Positions 28,645 to 39,135 of a stretch of 64,000 nucleotides of DNA are shown here, piece after piece. The stretch's first letter is position 1, and every line of letters begins with the position of its first letter. The translations under genes were made by a program, and so were the position numbers. The stretch is from an uncultured Candidatus Rokubacteria bacterium (GTDB lineage Bacteria; Methylomirabilota; Methylomirabilia; Rokubacteriales; CSP1-6): contig CAVWFS010000019.1 of the NCBI GenBank assembly GCA_963754315.1, forward strand, positions 352,001 through 416,000, written 5' to 3'. Below the pieces are notes generated by a model. That model worked only from the letters and a program-made list of their open reading frames with translations. It was not told where the DNA came from and made no database searches.

Positions 28645-29049
28645 TTACGCTCCTGCCTTCTTGGCGGCGGCGGTGGCCGCCGGCTTCTTCTTGATCATGA
28701 CTCCCCGTCGTGGACCCTTGCGTGTCCGCGCGTTCGTGTGGGTACGCTGCCCCCGCACCGGAAGGCCCCTACGGTGTCGGATCCCTCGATAGGAGCCGAT
28801 ATCCATCAGCCGCTTCACGTTCATGGACACTTCGCGGCGGAGATCGCCCTCCACTTTGTGCTCACGCTCAATGAGGTCGCGGATGCGTCCGACTTCCTCC
28901 TCTGTCCACGCTTTGACTCGCTTGTCGGGATCGATGTTGGCACGCGCCAGGAGGTGGCGGGCGCCCGGACGACCCACGCCGTAGATATAGGTCACAGCCA
29001 CTTCGCCCCGCTTGTCCCGAGGGAGGTCGACGCCTGCCACACGTGCCAT
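28645..29049 (-). CDS. rpsM: 30S ribosomal protein S13
   Basis: MARVAGVD and [17 protein letters not shown]. Confidence 0.98.
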   Translation of the reverse strand: MARVAGVDLPRDKRGEVAVTYIYGVGRPGARHLLARANIDPDKRVKAWTEEEVGRIRDLIEREHKVEGDLRREVSMNVKRLMDIGSYRGIRHRRGLPVRGQRTHTNARTRKGPRRGVMIKKKPAATAAAKKAGA

Positions 29050-29059
29050 GGGAATCTCC

Positions 29060-29173
29060 TCAGCCTTGCCGCTGCTTGTGTCGCGGGTTCTTGCAAATGA
29101 TGCGAATGACGCGCTCGCGCCGCACGATCTTGCAGTGCTCGCAGCGCGCCTTGACCGATGGTCTCACCTTCAT
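29060..29173 (-). CDS. rpmJ: 50S ribosomal protein L36 (zinc-binding form)
   Basis: Manual translation: [37 protein letters not shown]. Confidence 0.96.
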   Translation of the reverse strand: MKVRPSVKARCEHCKIVRRERVIRIICKNPRHKQRQG

Positions 29174-29197
29174 GGCCGCCTCGTCCGTCCTTGTCGT

Positions 29198-29416
29198 CTA
29201 TTTGAACCGGTAGGTGATGCGCCCGCGGGTGAGGTCGTAGGGCGACAGCTCGACCTTCACGCGGTCCCCCGGCAGAATACGGATGAAGTTCATGCGCATC
29301 TTGCCGCTGACGTGAGCGAGCACCCGGTGGCCGTTCTCCAGTTCCACCCGGAACATCGCGTTCGGCAGCGGCTCTACCACTGTGCCCTCGACCTCGATCG
29401 CGTCTTCCTTGGCCAT
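29198..29416 (-). CDS. infA: Translation initiation factor IF-1
   Basis: [11 protein letters not shown]...[13 protein letters not shown]. Confidence 0.98.
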   Translation of the reverse strand: MAKEDAIEVEGTVVEPLPNAMFRVELENGHRVLAHVSGKMRMNFIRILPGDRVKVELSPYDLTRGRITYRFK

Positions 29417-29424
29417 GGCTCGCC

Positions 29425-30198
29425 CTACGCCGCCCCCCCGCCGTGTCCGTTGAGGGTGGTCAGGACCACCGGGCCCTCCTCCGTCACCGCGATCGTATGC
29501 TCGAAGTGCGCGGCCAGACTGCCGTCCTGCGTCACTGCCGTCCAGCCGTCGTCCAGGACCCGTACCTCCCAGTTGCCCATGGTTACCATCGGTTCCACCG
29601 CCAGGACCATACCGGGACGAAGTCGGGGCCCTCGCCCGGGTTCCCCGAAGTTCGGTATCTGTGGCTCCTCGTGCAGGGCCCGCCCGATTCCGTGCCCCAC
29701 GAAGGCGCGGACGACGCCGAATCCATGGGCTTCCACATGACGCTGTACCGCGTGCGAAACGTCGGACAACCGACGATCGGGTCGACATTCCTCGATGGCC
29801 AGCTCCAGGCTTTCCCGGGTGACGTCGAGGAGTTTCTGCGCGGCGGGCGCGACCGCCCCAATGGGCAAGGTCGCTGCACAATCCGCATAGTACCCTTCCA
29901 CGATACACCCGAGGTCGAAACCAACCACGTCGCCTTCCCGGAGCCGGCGGCGGGCCGAGGGAATCCCATGCACGACCTCGTCGTTGATCGAGATGCACAC
30001 CGTGGCTGGGAATCCCCGGTATCCCTTGAAGGCGGGCTTGGCCCCCCGCGTGGTGATGAACGCCTCGACGTCCTCATCGATCTCGAGGGTTGACATCCCC
30101 GGCTTCACCGCTGTCCGCAGTCGCTCCAGAACCTCGGCCAGGATATGGCCTCCCGTCTGCATGAGGGCGATCTCGCGGGCCGACTTGTAATAGATCAT
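29425..30198 (-). CDS. map: Methionine aminopeptidase type I
   Basis: [23 protein letters not shown] and AHFEHT. Confidence 0.96.
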   Translation of the reverse strand: MIYYKSAREIALMQTGGHILAEVLERLRTAVKPGMSTLEIDEDVEAFITTRGAKPAFKGYRGFPATVCISINDEVVHGIPSARRRLREGDVVGFDLGCIVEGYYADCAATLPIGAVAPAAQKLLDVTRESLELAIEECRPDRRLSDVSHAVQRHVEAHGFGVVRAFVGHGIGRALHEEPQIPNFGEPGRGPRLRPGMVLAVEPMVTMGNWEVRVLDDGWTAVTQDGSLAAHFEHTIAVTEEGPVVLTTLNGHGGGAA

Positions 30199-30845
30199 GC
30201 GTCGGCGCTCACCGCCCGCCTGATGGCGGCACGAATGGACGGCATGGCGCCCTCCCCGGCCACCGTGCGCAGGCAGGAGCGATCGCGGTAGTAGTCGAGC
30301 AGAGGCGCTGTCTGCCTCTGGTACACGCGGAGTCGATTCCCGACCGTGGCCTCGCTATCATCCTCACGCTGATAGAGCTCGCCGCCGCACCGATCACATG
30401 TGCCTGCCACCGCCGGCGGAGCCGACACCAGATGAAAGGTGGATCCGCACTGGCGACACACCCGACGACCCGTCAGGCGTCGCAGCAGCTCGGCCTCCGA
30501 CACGTCGAAGTACACCACCGCCTCCAGCTCCTGGCCGAGATCCTTGAGGATCTGGGCCAGCGCCTCGGCCTGGCCAATGGTGCGGGGAAAGCCGTCGAGA
30601 ATGAAGCCGGTTGAAGCGTCGGGGCGGGCCAGGCGCTCCTTCATGGCCCGGACGATGACCTCGTCGGGGACCAGAGCCCCCTGGTCCATGTAGCGCTTGG
30701 CCTCTTGACCAAGGGGCGTACCCGCCGCCACCGCCTCCCGTAGCATGTCGCCGGTCGCGATCTGGGGGACACTCCATTCCCGAGCGAGCTCGCGGGCCTG
30801 GGTCCCCTTGCCGGCCCCTGGCGGACCGAGAAACGCCACCCGCAC
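30195..30845 (-). CDS. adk: Adenylate kinase with zinc LID
   Basis: GPPGAGKGTQA, LDGFPRT and two CxxC motifs. Confidence 0.97.
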   Translation of the reverse strand: MRVAFLGPPGAGKGTQARELAREWSVPQIATGDMLREAVAAGTPLGQEAKRYMDQGALVPDEVIVRAMKERLARPDASTGFILDGFPRTIGQAEALAQILKDLGQELEAVVYFDVSEAELLRRLTGRRVCRQCGSTFHLVSAPPAVAGTCDRCGGELYQREDDSEATVGNRLRVYQRQTAPLLDYYRDRSCLRTVAGEGAMPSIRAAIRRAVSADA

Positions 30846-30848
30846 GCC

Positions 30849-32183
30849 CTAGCCTCTCCGGGCGAAGGCGCCGCCCGGGCGCGACTTGGAGCGCTTGAGG
30901 AATCCCTCGTAGTTGCGCATGAGGAGATGGGACTCCATCTGGCGGACGGTATCGAGGGCCACCCCCACCACAATGAGCAGACTGGTGCCGCCGAAGTAGA
31001 AGGGGACGTTGAACCACCGGATCATGTAGTCGGGCAAGACAGAGATCAGGGCCAGGAAAAGCGCCCCCGGCAACGTGATGCGCGTCAGCACTCGATCGAT
31101 GTATTCCGACGTCTTCTTACCCGGGCGCACCCCGGGAATGAAGCCACCATACTTCTTCATGTTGTCGGCGAGGTCGACGGGGTTGAAGACGATCGCCGTG
31201 TAGAAGTAGGCGAAGAAGACGATGAGGCCCATGTAGAGGATGGTGTAGGTGAACTGCCCCGGCGACAACGCATCGGAGATGGCTTGCATCCACGGATGCG
31301 GCACGAAGCGGGTCAGGGTCGCCGGGAACAGGATGAGCGAGGAGGCGAAGATGACGGGAATGACCCCGGCCGTGTTGATCCGCAGGGGGATATGGGTGGA
31401 GGAGCCGCCGTACACGCGGCGCCCGACCATCCGCTTGGCATACTGCACGGGGATCTTCCGCTGACCCTCCTGCATGAGAACCACCGCCGCCGTCACCGCC
31501 ACCATGAGCAGTATGAGGGCGCCGAACACGAAGAGCTTGAGCTCACCGGTCGTGATGAGGGTATAGGAGGACTCCACGGCGGAGGGCAGCCGCACGACAA
31601 TGCCGGCAAAGATGATCAGCGAGATGCCGTTACCGATGCCTCGCTCCGAAATCTGCTCACCAAGCCACATGATGAGAGCGGTGCCCGCCGTCAGGGTGAT
31701 CATCACGAGCAGACGGAAGCCCCAACCCGGAGTCGGCACGATGGCCACCCCCGTCGGACTGCTCATACCCTCCAGCCCGTAGGCGATGCCGAGCGACTGA
31801 ACGAGCGACAGCGCAATCGTCCCATAGCGGGTGTACTGCGTGATCTTCTTGCGGCCCGCCTCGCCTTCCTTGGCCAGCTTCTCGAGCGTGGGAATGACCA
31901 CGGTAAGCAATTGGAGAATAATCGAGGCGGAGATATACGGCATGATGCCCAGCGCAAACACGGATAGGCGCCGGAGATTGCCCCCCGAGAAAAGGTCCAC
32001 CATCCCGAGGAGCGTGCCCTGGACCTGGTCGAAGAACTGGGCGAGGGCAGGACCGTCGATGCCGGGGGTGGGCACATGGGCACCGATGCGATAGGCGATG
32101 AGCAGGCCCAAGGTAATCAGGACCCGGCGCTTCAGCTCCGGGATCTTGAAGACGTTCTGAAAACCCTGCAGGCTCTCGATCAC
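30849..32183 (-). CDS. secY: Preprotein translocase SecY
   Basis: ALGIMPYISASII, GIGNGISLIIF and GGTSLLIVVGV. Confidence 0.98.
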   Translation of the reverse strand: MIESLQGFQNVFKIPELKRRVLITLGLLIAYRIGAHVPTPGIDGPALAQFFDQVQGTLLGMVDLFSGGNLRRLSVFALGIMPYISASIILQLLTVVIPTLEKLAKEGEAGRKKITQYTRYGTIALSLVQSLGIAYGLEGMSSPTGVAIVPTPGWGFRLLVMITLTAGTALIMWLGEQISERGIGNGISLIIFAGIVVRLPSAVESSYTLITTGELKLFVFGALILLMVAVTAAVVLMQEGQRKIPVQYAKRMVGRRVYGGSSTHIPLRINTAGVIPVIFASSLILFPATLTRFVPHPWMQAISDALSPGQFTYTILYMGLIVFFAYFYTAIVFNPVDLADNMKKYGGFIPGVRPGKKTSEYIDRVLTRITLPGALFLALISVLPDYMIRWFNVPFYFGGTSLLIVVGVALDTVRQMESHLLMRNYEGFLKRSKSRPGGAFARRG

Positions 32184-32647
32184 GAGGCGGCCGTCCTGGG
32201 CGCCAGGACTTCGACGCGCCCCCCCTTGGCTTCGATCTTGACCCGGGCCGCCTCGCTTACCGCGTGCGCCCGGACGGTGAACGCATGTGCCACGTCGCCC
32301 TCACCGAGGATCTTCACATTCCCCCGCCGGGCGCGGCGGACGAGCCGCGCCTGCACCAGGCTTTCGGGATCGACCACGCTGCCCGCCGCGAACGCCTTGA
32401 GGTCACTGAGATTGACGATCGCAAACACACGCTTGCCGCCGTGCGGCACGAAACCTCGCTTGGGCAGTCGTCGATAGAGAGGCATCTGCCCTCCCTCGAA
32501 GCCGGCTTTCGTGCCACCTCCCGAGCGGGCCTGCTGCCCCTTGTTCCCCTTGGTCGCCGTCTTGCCGCGGCCCGAGCCCGGGCCGCGCCCGACGATCTTG
32601 CGGCGATGCTTGGCGCCGGGGGCCGGGCGAAGATCTTCAAGCCTCAC
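32180..32647 (-). CDS. rplO: 50S ribosomal protein L15
   Basis: GRGPGSG and FEGGQMPLYRRLPKRGF. Confidence 0.97.
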   Translation of the reverse strand: MRLEDLRPAPGAKHRRKIVGRGPGSGRGKTATKGNKGQQARSGGGTKAGFEGGQMPLYRRLPKRGFVPHGGKRVFAIVNLSDLKAFAAGSVVDPESLVQARLVRRARRGNVKILGEGDVAHAFTVRAHAVSEAARVKIEAKGGRVEVLAPRTAAS

Positions 32648-32822
32648 GGGTCACCTCGAGCACATGCGACACCTTTGCGATCATCCCGCGCACGGTGGCC
32701 GTATCGTCGTGCTGCACCGAGTGGTTCAGCCGACGAAGGCCGAGGGCCTTGACCGTGGCATCCTGTTTCGGGCTGAGCCCGATCATGCTCTTCTTGAGGG
32801 TCACCTTAAGCGTCTTTGACAC
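32637..32822 (-). CDS. rpmD: 50S ribosomal protein L30
   Basis: [10 protein letters not shown]...ALGLRR...GMIAKVSH. Confidence 0.93.
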   Translation of the reverse strand: MSKTLKVTLKKSMIGLSPKQDATVKALGLRRLNHSVQHDDTATVRGMIAKVSHVLEVTREA

Positions 32823-33339
32823 CGGCCGCCTCCTGCACCATGTCACCATCACTCGTCCGGCGGCGGATCGTCTGCAGATCTTGCAATCGCTTGATCCGAC
32901 GGAGGGCGTCGAGGGTCGCCTTCAGCACATTGTGCGGGTTGTTGGAACCGAGGGTCTTGGTGAGAATGTCCTGCACCCCGGCCGCTTCCAGCACGGGACG
33001 CACCGCTCCTCCCGCGATGACCCCGGTCCCCGGCACGGCTGGTTTGAGGAACACCCGGCCCGCTCCGAAGTGGCCCGTGATCTCGCAAGGAATGGTGGTC
33101 TCCCGGAGGGGCACGTAGATCAGATCCTTCTTGGCGTGCTCGACGGCCTTGCGAATGGCCTCGGGCACCTCGTGAGCCTTACCGAGCCCGACACCCACGT
33201 GGCCCTTGCCGTCTCCCACGACAACCAGCGCGGTGAAGGAAAAGCGTCGGCCTCCCTTCACCACCTTGGCCACCCGGTTGATGGTGACCACGCGGTCGTT
33301 CAACTCCAGCACGCTTGGATCGATCCTCGCTTCCGCCAC
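32806..33339 (-). CDS. rpsE: 30S ribosomal protein S5
   Basis: [15 protein letters not shown] and GTGVIAGG. Confidence 0.98.
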   Translation of the reverse strand: MAEARIDPSVLELNDRVVTINRVAKVVKGGRRFSFTALVVVGDGKGHVGVGLGKAHEVPEAIRKAVEHAKKDLIYVPLRETTIPCEITGHFGAGRVFLKPAVPGTGVIAGGAVRPVLEAAGVQDILTKTLGSNNPHNVLKATLDALRRIKRLQDLQTIRRRTSDGDMVQEAAGVKDA

Positions 33340-33356
33340 TCAGTGTCTCCTATTTA

Positions 33357-33720
33357 GATGGGGGGTCCAACTTCACCCCCCATTCCCCCCCGTTCGGAGC
33401 GCCCCGGGGTACCCGGGGCGCTCCTCTGGCTGACGTCTCCTCCGCGCTTCCGGCCACTTCAGCACTCGGCGGGGGCTCCCGGCCACCTCTGCACTCCGCC
33501 CACGGGGTCCAACTCCCCCCCGGTTCGGCGCGCTCCGGACCTCCCGGGGCGCTCCTCTGGCTCACCTCTCTTCACTCCGCCACTTCAGAGGCGGGGTCCA
33601 ACTTCACCCCCACTCCCCCCCGGTTCGGCGCGCTCCGGGCCTCCCGGGGCGCTCCTCTGTCTGACCTCTCTTGCACTCCGCGACTTCAGAGGCGGGGTCC
33701 AACTTCCCCCTACTCCCCGC
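33357..33720. repeat. Degenerate tandem array of four REP-like family A units between rplR and rpsE
   Basis: GGGGTCCAACT at about 33362, 33504, 33593 and 33694; GCGCTCCTCTG occurs three times. Confidence 0.93.
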
Positions 33721-33742
33721 AGCGAGCGCGGTTTCGCCTCGT

Positions 33743-34108
33743 TCAGAACACTAGGCCATTGGCGCGGGCGGCGTCGGCAAGCGCTTTCACGCGACCGTGA
33801 TATTTGTAGCCCCCGCGATCAAATACCACGCGCCCGATGCCCTGCGCTTTGGCCTTGTCGGCAAGCAGCTCGCCCACGACCTTGGCCGCGGCCACGTTTC
33901 CCCCGACCGCCTGCCGGGCTCGAAAGGCAGCCCCTCGGCTGTCGACCGCCACCAGAGTCCGCCCCGCTTCGTCGTCGATCAGCTGGGCATACATGTGATT
34001 GAGGCTACGGAACACAGCCAGCCGTGGGCGCTCGGCGGAGCCACGCACGAAGCGCCGTAACCGGTGATGCCGGATATCGCGCGCCTCTCGACGATCCTGG
34101 GTGATCAT
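33743..34108 (-). CDS. rplR: 50S ribosomal protein L18
   Basis: RPRLAVFRS and VFDRGGYKYHGRV. Confidence 0.98.
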   Translation of the reverse strand: MITQDRREARDIRHHRLRRFVRGSAERPRLAVFRSLNHMYAQLIDDEAGRTLVAVDSRGAAFRARQAVGGNVAAAKVVGELLADKAKAQGIGRVVFDRGGYKYHGRVKALADAARANGLVF

Positions 34109-34647
34109 TTCGCCCCCGCCTTCTTGCCGACCTTTCGGCGAATGAACTCATCGGAATAGCGGATCCCCTTACCCTTGTAGGGATCCGGTTTGCGAAGGCT
34201 GCGCAGTCGCGCCGCCGTCTGTCCGAGAAGGGCCTTGTCGGCCGCCCGGAGCGTGATCGCAGTCTGACGATCGATCTCGGCTGTGACCCCGTCGGGCAAT
34301 GGGAAAATCACCGGATGGGAATAGCCGAGAGCCAGCTGGATATTCTTGCCCTGTATCTGAGCGCGGTACCCGATACCCACGATATCCAGCTTGCGCTCAA
34401 AGCCGGCCGAGACACCGGTCACCATGTTGGCGACCAGGGACCGGGCGAGGCCGTGCAGGGCGCGGACGGTGCGCGCGTCACTCTCGCGCGTGACAAGCAG
34501 CTGATCGCGCTCCAGGCGCGCCGAAATGCCAGAAGGCACCGCCTGTGCCAGCCGTCCCTTCGGACCTTCCGCCCGCACGACGTTACCCTCGATATGGACC
34601 TTGACCCCGGTCGGAATGCCGATGGGCTTTCTGCCGATTCGTGACAT
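34105..34647 (-). CDS. rplF: 50S ribosomal protein L6
   Basis: MSRIGRKP and PDPYKGKGIRY. Confidence 0.98.
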   Translation of the reverse strand: MSRIGRKPIGIPTGVKVHIEGNVVRAEGPKGRLAQAVPSGISARLERDQLLVTRESDARTVRALHGLARSLVANMVTGVSAGFERKLDIVGIGYRAQIQGKNIQLALGYSHPVIFPLPDGVTAEIDRQTAITLRAADKALLGQTAARLRSLRKPDPYKGKGIRYSDEFIRRKVGKKAGAK

Positions 34648-34655
34648 AAGCCGCC

Positions 34656-35051
34656 CTACCACACGTAGGCGAGGACTTCCCCGCCGATCTTGTCCCGACG
34701 TGCGGTTCGTCCGGTGAGGACACCCCGCGACGTGGACAGCACGGCCACCCCCATGCCTCCCAGTACGGTCGGGATCTGGTCATGCGAAACATACACGCGC
34801 CGGCCGGGGGTGGACACACGTACCAGTCCCGAAATCATCTTCTCGTTGGCGGCACCGTATTTGAGATACACGCGGAGGACGCCTTGCTTGCGATCCTCCA
34901 GCAGGCGAAAGTTTCTGATGAACCCCTCCTCTTTGAGGAGCTCGGCCACCCGAACCTTGAGCTTGGACGCCGGGATGTCGACCTTTTCGTGCTCCGCCCG
35001 GCTGGCGTTCCGGATGCGGGTCAGCATGTCGGCCATGGGATCGCTGTACAC
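34656..35051 (-). CDS. rpsH: 30S ribosomal protein S8
   Basis: [17 protein letters not shown] and GGEVLAYVW. Confidence 0.98.
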   Translation of the reverse strand: MYSDPMADMLTRIRNASRAEHEKVDIPASKLKVRVAELLKEEGFIRNFRLLEDRKQGVLRVYLKYGAANEKMISGLVRVSTPGRRVYVSHDQIPTVLGGMGVAVLSTSRGVLTGRTARRDKIGGEVLAYVW

Positions 35052-35053
35052 GG

Positions 35054-35239
35054 TTACCAGCTCGCCTTCACGATGCCAGGCACCTCACCCTTGAGGGCCA
35101 GCTCACGGAAGCACAGACGGCACAGCTCGAACTTCCGGAGGTAGCCGCGAGGGCGCCCGCACAGCTTGCAGCGGTGATGGGCACGTGTGCGGAAGAGGGG
35201 AGGACGTTGCGATCTGACAATGAGTGACGTCTTGGCCAT
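35054..35239 (-). CDS. rpsN: 30S ribosomal protein S14, type Z
   Basis: [10 protein letters not shown]...LCRLCFRE; 61 aa. Confidence 0.97.
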   Translation of the reverse strand: MAKTSLIVRSQRPPLFRTRAHHRCKLCGRPRGYLRKFELCRLCFRELALKGEVPGIVKASW

Positions 35240-35245
35240 GCGCGG

Positions 35246-35917
35246 TTACTCCCTGAAGGGCATACCCAGATGGGTGAGAAGGGCCTTGGCCTCCTCATCG
35301 GTCCGGGCCGTGGTGACGATGTTGATGTCCATGCCCCGGACTTTGTCGATCTTGTCGTAAAGGATCTCGGGGAAGATAAGCTGCTCGCGGAGCCCCAGCG
35401 CGTAGTTGCCGCGGCCATCGAATCCTCGAGCCGGCACCCCGCGGAAGTCCCGCACGCGGGGGAGCGCCGCATTGATGAGACGGTCGAGGAACTCGAACAT
35501 GCGCGCACCCCGCAACGTAACTTTGGCCCCGATGGGCACTCCCTCGCGGAGCTTGAAATTCGCGATCGACTTCTTGGCCCGCGTGATCACGGGCTTCTGG
35601 CCGGCAATAGCCTGCAGATCCGAGGTGGCGAAGTCGAGCACCTTGGCATTCTCTCGCCCCTCGCCCACCCCCATGCTCACCACGATCTTGTGCAAGCGCG
35701 GCACCTGCCACGGATTGCCGTAGCCCCGCTCCTTCATGAGAGTCGGCAGCACGCTCTGCTGGAAGCGGACCTTGAGGCGGGCGGGAACCTGCCCCGTCCC
35801 CTTCGGACGCGGCTGCTCGGCCGGCGCTGCCGCGGGAGCGGCGCCCTTCCGGGGCTGCCCCTTGGGCGGAGGCGCCTTCGGCTTCTGGGTCCGGGCCGTA
35901 GACTCGGCTTTGGCCAT
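35246..35917 (-). CDS. rplE: 50S ribosomal protein L5 with an N-terminal extension
   Basis: [21 protein letters not shown] and FDGRGNY. Confidence 0.98.
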   Translation of the reverse strand: MAKAESTARTQKPKAPPPKGQPRKGAAPAAAPAEQPRPKGTGQVPARLKVRFQQSVLPTLMKERGYGNPWQVPRLHKIVVSMGVGEGRENAKVLDFATSDLQAIAGQKPVITRAKKSIANFKLREGVPIGAKVTLRGARMFEFLDRLINAALPRVRDFRGVPARGFDGRGNYALGLREQLIFPEILYDKIDKVRGMDINIVTTARTDEEAKALLTHLGMPFRE

Positions 35918-35922
35918 CGTCG

Positions 35923-36249
35923 CTAACCCCTATCCACCGACTCACCGCAGCGCTTGCAGACACGCGCCTTCCGGCCGTCGTTCAGAATCCTGACGCCGAC
36001 CCGTACCGGGCGGTCGCAACGACCGCACACGAGCAGCACGTTGGAGAGCGCGAATGATCCCTCGCGCTCGATGATGCCGCCTTGCCGAAGTTTCTGGGTC
36101 GGTCGCTGATGTCGCTTGATCATGTTGAGATGCTCGACCACTACCCGGCGAGAGTCACGCAGTACTTGGAGCACCTTGCCGCGCTTCCCGCGCTCCTTGC
36201 CGGCGATGACCCCCACCGTATCCCCACGCCGAACGTGCGCGCCCGCCAT
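35923..36249 (-). CDS. rplX: 50S ribosomal protein L24
   Basis: [19 protein letters not shown] motif and GGIIERE. Confidence 0.97.
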   Translation of the reverse strand: MAGAHVRRGDTVGVIAGKERGKRGKVLQVLRDSRRVVVEHLNMIKRHQRPTQKLRQGGIIEREGSFALSNVLLVCGRCDRPVRVGVRILNDGRKARVCKRCGESVDRG

Positions 36250-36617
36250 CAGATGACCTCGGGAGCTAGGGAGATGATCTTGGTAAACTGCCGCTCGCGC
36301 AACTCCCGCGCGACCGGACCGAAAATACGGGTTCCCACCGGGTTCTCGTCCGGCCGGATCAGCACCACCGCATTGCGGTCGAAGCGGATGTAGGATCCAT
36401 CCCGCCGGCGCACCTCCTTGACCGTCCTCACCACGACCGCCCGCGCCACTTCCCCCTTTTTCACGGTGCCGTCAGGGGTGGCCTCCTTCACGGCGACGAT
36501 CACGGTATCACCCAGCGAGGCATAGCGACGGTTGGCGCCTCCCATGACCCGGATGCACTGGACCTTCTTGGCGCCGGAGTTGTCCGCGACATCGAGCATC
36601 GACCGTGGCTGAATCAT
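36249..36617 (-). CDS. rplN: 50S ribosomal protein L14
   Basis: VADNSGAK and [13 protein letters not shown]. Confidence 0.98.
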   Translation of the reverse strand: MIQPRSMLDVADNSGAKKVQCIRVMGGANRRYASLGDTVIVAVKEATPDGTVKKGEVARAVVVRTVKEVRRRDGSYIRFDRNAVVLIRPDENPVGTRIFGPVARELRERQFTKIISLAPEVI

Positions 36618-36620
36618 GGT

Positions 36621-36869
36621 TCAGGACGCCCGACCCAGGACCGCACGGATCCGCCAGCGCTTTTCCCGAGACAGAGGACGCGTCTCCTCGATGAGCACGC
36701 GATCTCCTACCTTGCTCTCGTTCTTCTCGTCGTGCGCCTTGAGCTTCTTCGACACCCTCACCACGCGCTGGTAGCGCGGATGCCGGAACACGCGCTCGAT
36801 CTTCACCACGCGGGTCTTCTGCATGGCGTCACTGACGACCACTCCCTCGCGACTCTTCCGCTCCCCCAC
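36621..36869 (-). CDS. rpsQ: 30S ribosomal protein S17
   Basis: [15 protein letters not shown] and ETRPLS. Confidence 0.97.
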   Translation of the reverse strand: MGERKSREGVVVSDAMQKTRVVKIERVFRHPRYQRVVRVSKKLKAHDEKNESKVGDRVLIEETRPLSREKRWRIRAVLGRAS

Positions 36870-36886
36870 CGCTGTCTCCTAGTTAT

Positions 36887-37092
36887 CGTCGGGGGGAGCG
36901 AGCGCCGCTCCTCCCCGACACCCCCCACTGCCTTCGACTCCGCCACTAACCTCGGCGAGCGCCGCTCCTCCCCGACACCCCCCACCGCTCTCGAACTGCC
37001 GCGACTTCAGGTGGGGGGTCCAACTTCACCCCCCAATCCCCCCCGGTTCGGAGCGCCCCGGGGTACCCGTGGCGCTCCTCTGTCTCACGTCG
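36887..37092. repeat. Composite REP-like cluster between rpmC and rpsQ: two GAGCGCCGCTCCTCCCCGACACCCCCCAC modules plus one family A unit
   Basis: Direct repeats at about 36900 and 36957; the unit at 37013 is near-identical to 33360. Confidence 0.93.
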
Positions 37093-37100
37093 AAGGGACG

Positions 37101-37304
37101 TCATGTGCTTGGCTTCGCGACGGCACGCTCGCGTTGGAGGGTCTTACCCCGCGCGAGATCCCGACGGACCTGCTGCACCCGCGCAGGATTCTTCGCGAGC
37201 CCCATCGCCAGCTGGAAGCGGAGGTTGAACAGTTCCTCCGTGAGGCCCCGCACCTGCTGCTGCATCTCCTCGTCGGACAGGTCCCGCCACTTAGTCGGTT
37301 TCAT
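37101..37304 (-). CDS. rpmC: 50S ribosomal protein L29
   Basis: ELFNLRFQ and VRRDLAR; position. Confidence 0.95.
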   Translation of the reverse strand: MKPTKWRDLSDEEMQQQVRGLTEELFNLRFQLAMGLAKNPARVQQVRRDLARGKTLQRERAVAKPST

Positions 37305-37322
37305 GGGATCGCTCCTCGAGGC

Positions 37323-37739
37323 TCAGAGGGCCCGCGCCCGCGTCACGAACTTGGTGGCAACGCCAATCTTCTGGGCGGCCGTACGGAAGGCCTCGCGGGC
37401 GGCGTCCTCCGCCACCCCCTGCATCTCGTACATGATGCGACCCGGCTTCACCACGGCCACCCACTCCTCGGGATTCCCCTTGCCCTTTCCCATGCGTGTC
37501 TCGGCGGGTTTCTTGGTGACCGGCTTGTCGGGAAAGATCCGGATCCATACCTTGCCGCCACGCTTCAAGCTTCGCGTGAGAGCCACCCGCGCCGCTTCGA
37601 TCTGACGGTTGGTCACCCAGCCCGGCTCCAGAGCCTTCAACCCATAGTCGCCGAAGGCCAGAGTCGATCCCCGCTGGGCCTTGCCCTTCATGCGCCCGCG
37701 CTGGGTTTTCCGGTATTTGACGCGCTTGGGCATCAGCAT
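37323..37739 (-). CDS. rplP: 50S ribosomal protein L16
   Basis: [11 protein letters not shown] and RMGKGKG. Confidence 0.98.
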   Translation of the reverse strand: MLMPKRVKYRKTQRGRMKGKAQRGSTLAFGDYGLKALEPGWVTNRQIEAARVALTRSLKRGGKVWIRIFPDKPVTKKPAETRMGKGKGNPEEWVAVVKPGRIMYEMQGVAEDAAREAFRTAAQKIGVATKFVTRARAL

Positions 37740-37749
37740 GGGACCTGCC

Positions 37750-38394
37750 TCATCCCTCCTGGGTCACCGTGCTCAGCACTTCGCCCTTGAAGATCCAGAC
37801 CTTCACTCCGACGGTCCCCGCCGTCGTATGAGCGGTCGCCAAGCCGTAGTCGATATCGGCCCGGATGGTGTGCAATGGCACTCGTCCCTGCCGGTACCAT
37901 TCCTTGCGCGCGATCTCCGAGCCACCCAGCCGCCCGGCGCACGCGATGCGAATGCCATCGGCGCCGAGGCGAAGGGCGGAGGTCACGGCCTTCTTCATCG
38001 CCCGACGGAACGCCACCCGCTTTTGCAGCTGCAAGGCAACGTTCTCGGCCACGAGCTGAGCGTCCAGCTCGGGGTGCACGATCTCCTCGATGTTGAGGTA
38101 GATCTCCTTCCCTGTCCGTAGCTGGAGCTCGTTCTTCAGCTTCTCGACCTCGGAGCCCTTGCGCCCGATGATGATGCCGGGCCGCGCGGTGGCAATGGTG
38201 ATGCGCGCCCGGTTGACAGAGCGCTCGATATCGATGCGGGCGATGCCCGCGTGATAGAGCTGGTCCTTGATGAAGCGTCGGATCTTCACGTCTTCGTGAA
38301 GGAGCGAGGCGTAGGTCTTGGTGGCGAACCATCGCGAGCTCCACGTCCGTGTGGACCCTAAGCGGAACCCGATCGGATGTGTCTTCTGTCCCAT
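37750..38394 (-). CDS. rpsC: 30S ribosomal protein S3
   Basis: [13 protein letters not shown] and [10 protein letters not shown]. Confidence 0.98.
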   Translation of the reverse strand: MGQKTHPIGFRLGSTRTWSSRWFATKTYASLLHEDVKIRRFIKDQLYHAGIARIDIERSVNRARITIATARPGIIIGRKGSEVEKLKNELQLRTGKEIYLNIEEIVHPELDAQLVAENVALQLQKRVAFRRAMKKAVTSALRLGADGIRIACAGRLGGSEIARKEWYRQGRVPLHTIRADIDYGLATAHTTAGTVGVKVWIFKGEVLSTVTQEG

Positions 38395-38397
38395 CGC

Positions 38398-38829
38398 CTA
38401 GTCCTTTTCCGGGGCGGCGGGAGTGGCTGTCGCAACCCCCCTCGCCCGTCCGTCGGGCCGCCGTGGCCGCCGGGCTGGGCGCACCCTGGCCCCGACCTCG
38501 TCGCTCACGGCGATGGTGAGATGGCTCGTCTGGTGGCGGATGAAGAACGCTCGCCCCATCGCGCGTGGAGAGACGCGTTTCATGGAGGGACCGCCATCGG
38601 CAATGGCGCCCACCACATGGAGATCGTCGAGGTTGCGCACTTGGTGATTGTTTTCCGCGTTGGCCACCGCCGACCGCAGAACCTTCTCCACGAGCCGGGC
38701 CGCCGCCCGCGGCGTGAAGCGCAGGGTCGCGAGCGCCTCGCTCACCGGCTTGCCGCGGATCTGATCGAGCACGAGCCTCGCCTTGCGCGCGGAGACACGC
38801 ACGTACCGGGCCCGCGCCATCGTTCGCAT
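38398..38829 (-). CDS. rplV: 50S ribosomal protein L22 with a C-terminal extension
   Basis: SARKARLV, SAVANAENN and PRAMGRA. Confidence 0.96.
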   Translation of the reverse strand: MRTMARARYVRVSARKARLVLDQIRGKPVSEALATLRFTPRAAARLVEKVLRSAVANAENNHQVRNLDDLHVVGAIADGGPSMKRVSPRAMGRAFFIRHQTSHLTIAVSDEVGARVRPARRPRRPDGRARGVATATPAAPEKD

Positions 38830-38833
38830 GGCC

Positions 38834-39127
38834 CTACTTCTTCCCCGTGGGAGAGGTGGATGCCTTCTCCGATGTTCCGTGGGCCCGGAACGCTCGCGTG
38901 AGGGCAAATTCCCCCAACCGGTGGCCCACCATGTTCTCGGTGACGTACACGGGAATGAACTTCTTCCCGTTGTGCACGGCCAAGGTATGCCCCACGAACT
39001 CCGGAGGAATCGTGGACCGGCGCGCCCATGTCTTGAGCACTCGCTTCTGGCGGCTTGTGTTCAACTCGTCCACGCGCGCCAGCAATTTCACGTCGATGTA
39101 CGGACCCTTTTTCAGAGAGCGTCCCAT
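38834..39127 (-). CDS. rpsS: 30S ribosomal protein S19
   Basis: RSLKKGP, VHNGK and MVGHRLGEF. Confidence 0.98.
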   Translation of the reverse strand: MGRSLKKGPYIDVKLLARVDELNTSRQKRVLKTWARRSTIPPEFVGHTLAVHNGKKFIPVYVTENMVGHRLGEFALTRAFRAHGTSEKASTSPTGKK

Positions 39128-39135
39128 GGCAGCTC

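Noticed and set aside
33357..33720. CRISPR-like repeat/spacer array
   Set aside because: The sequences between the recurring motifs are themselves homologous and spacing is irregular (about 89-142 bp).
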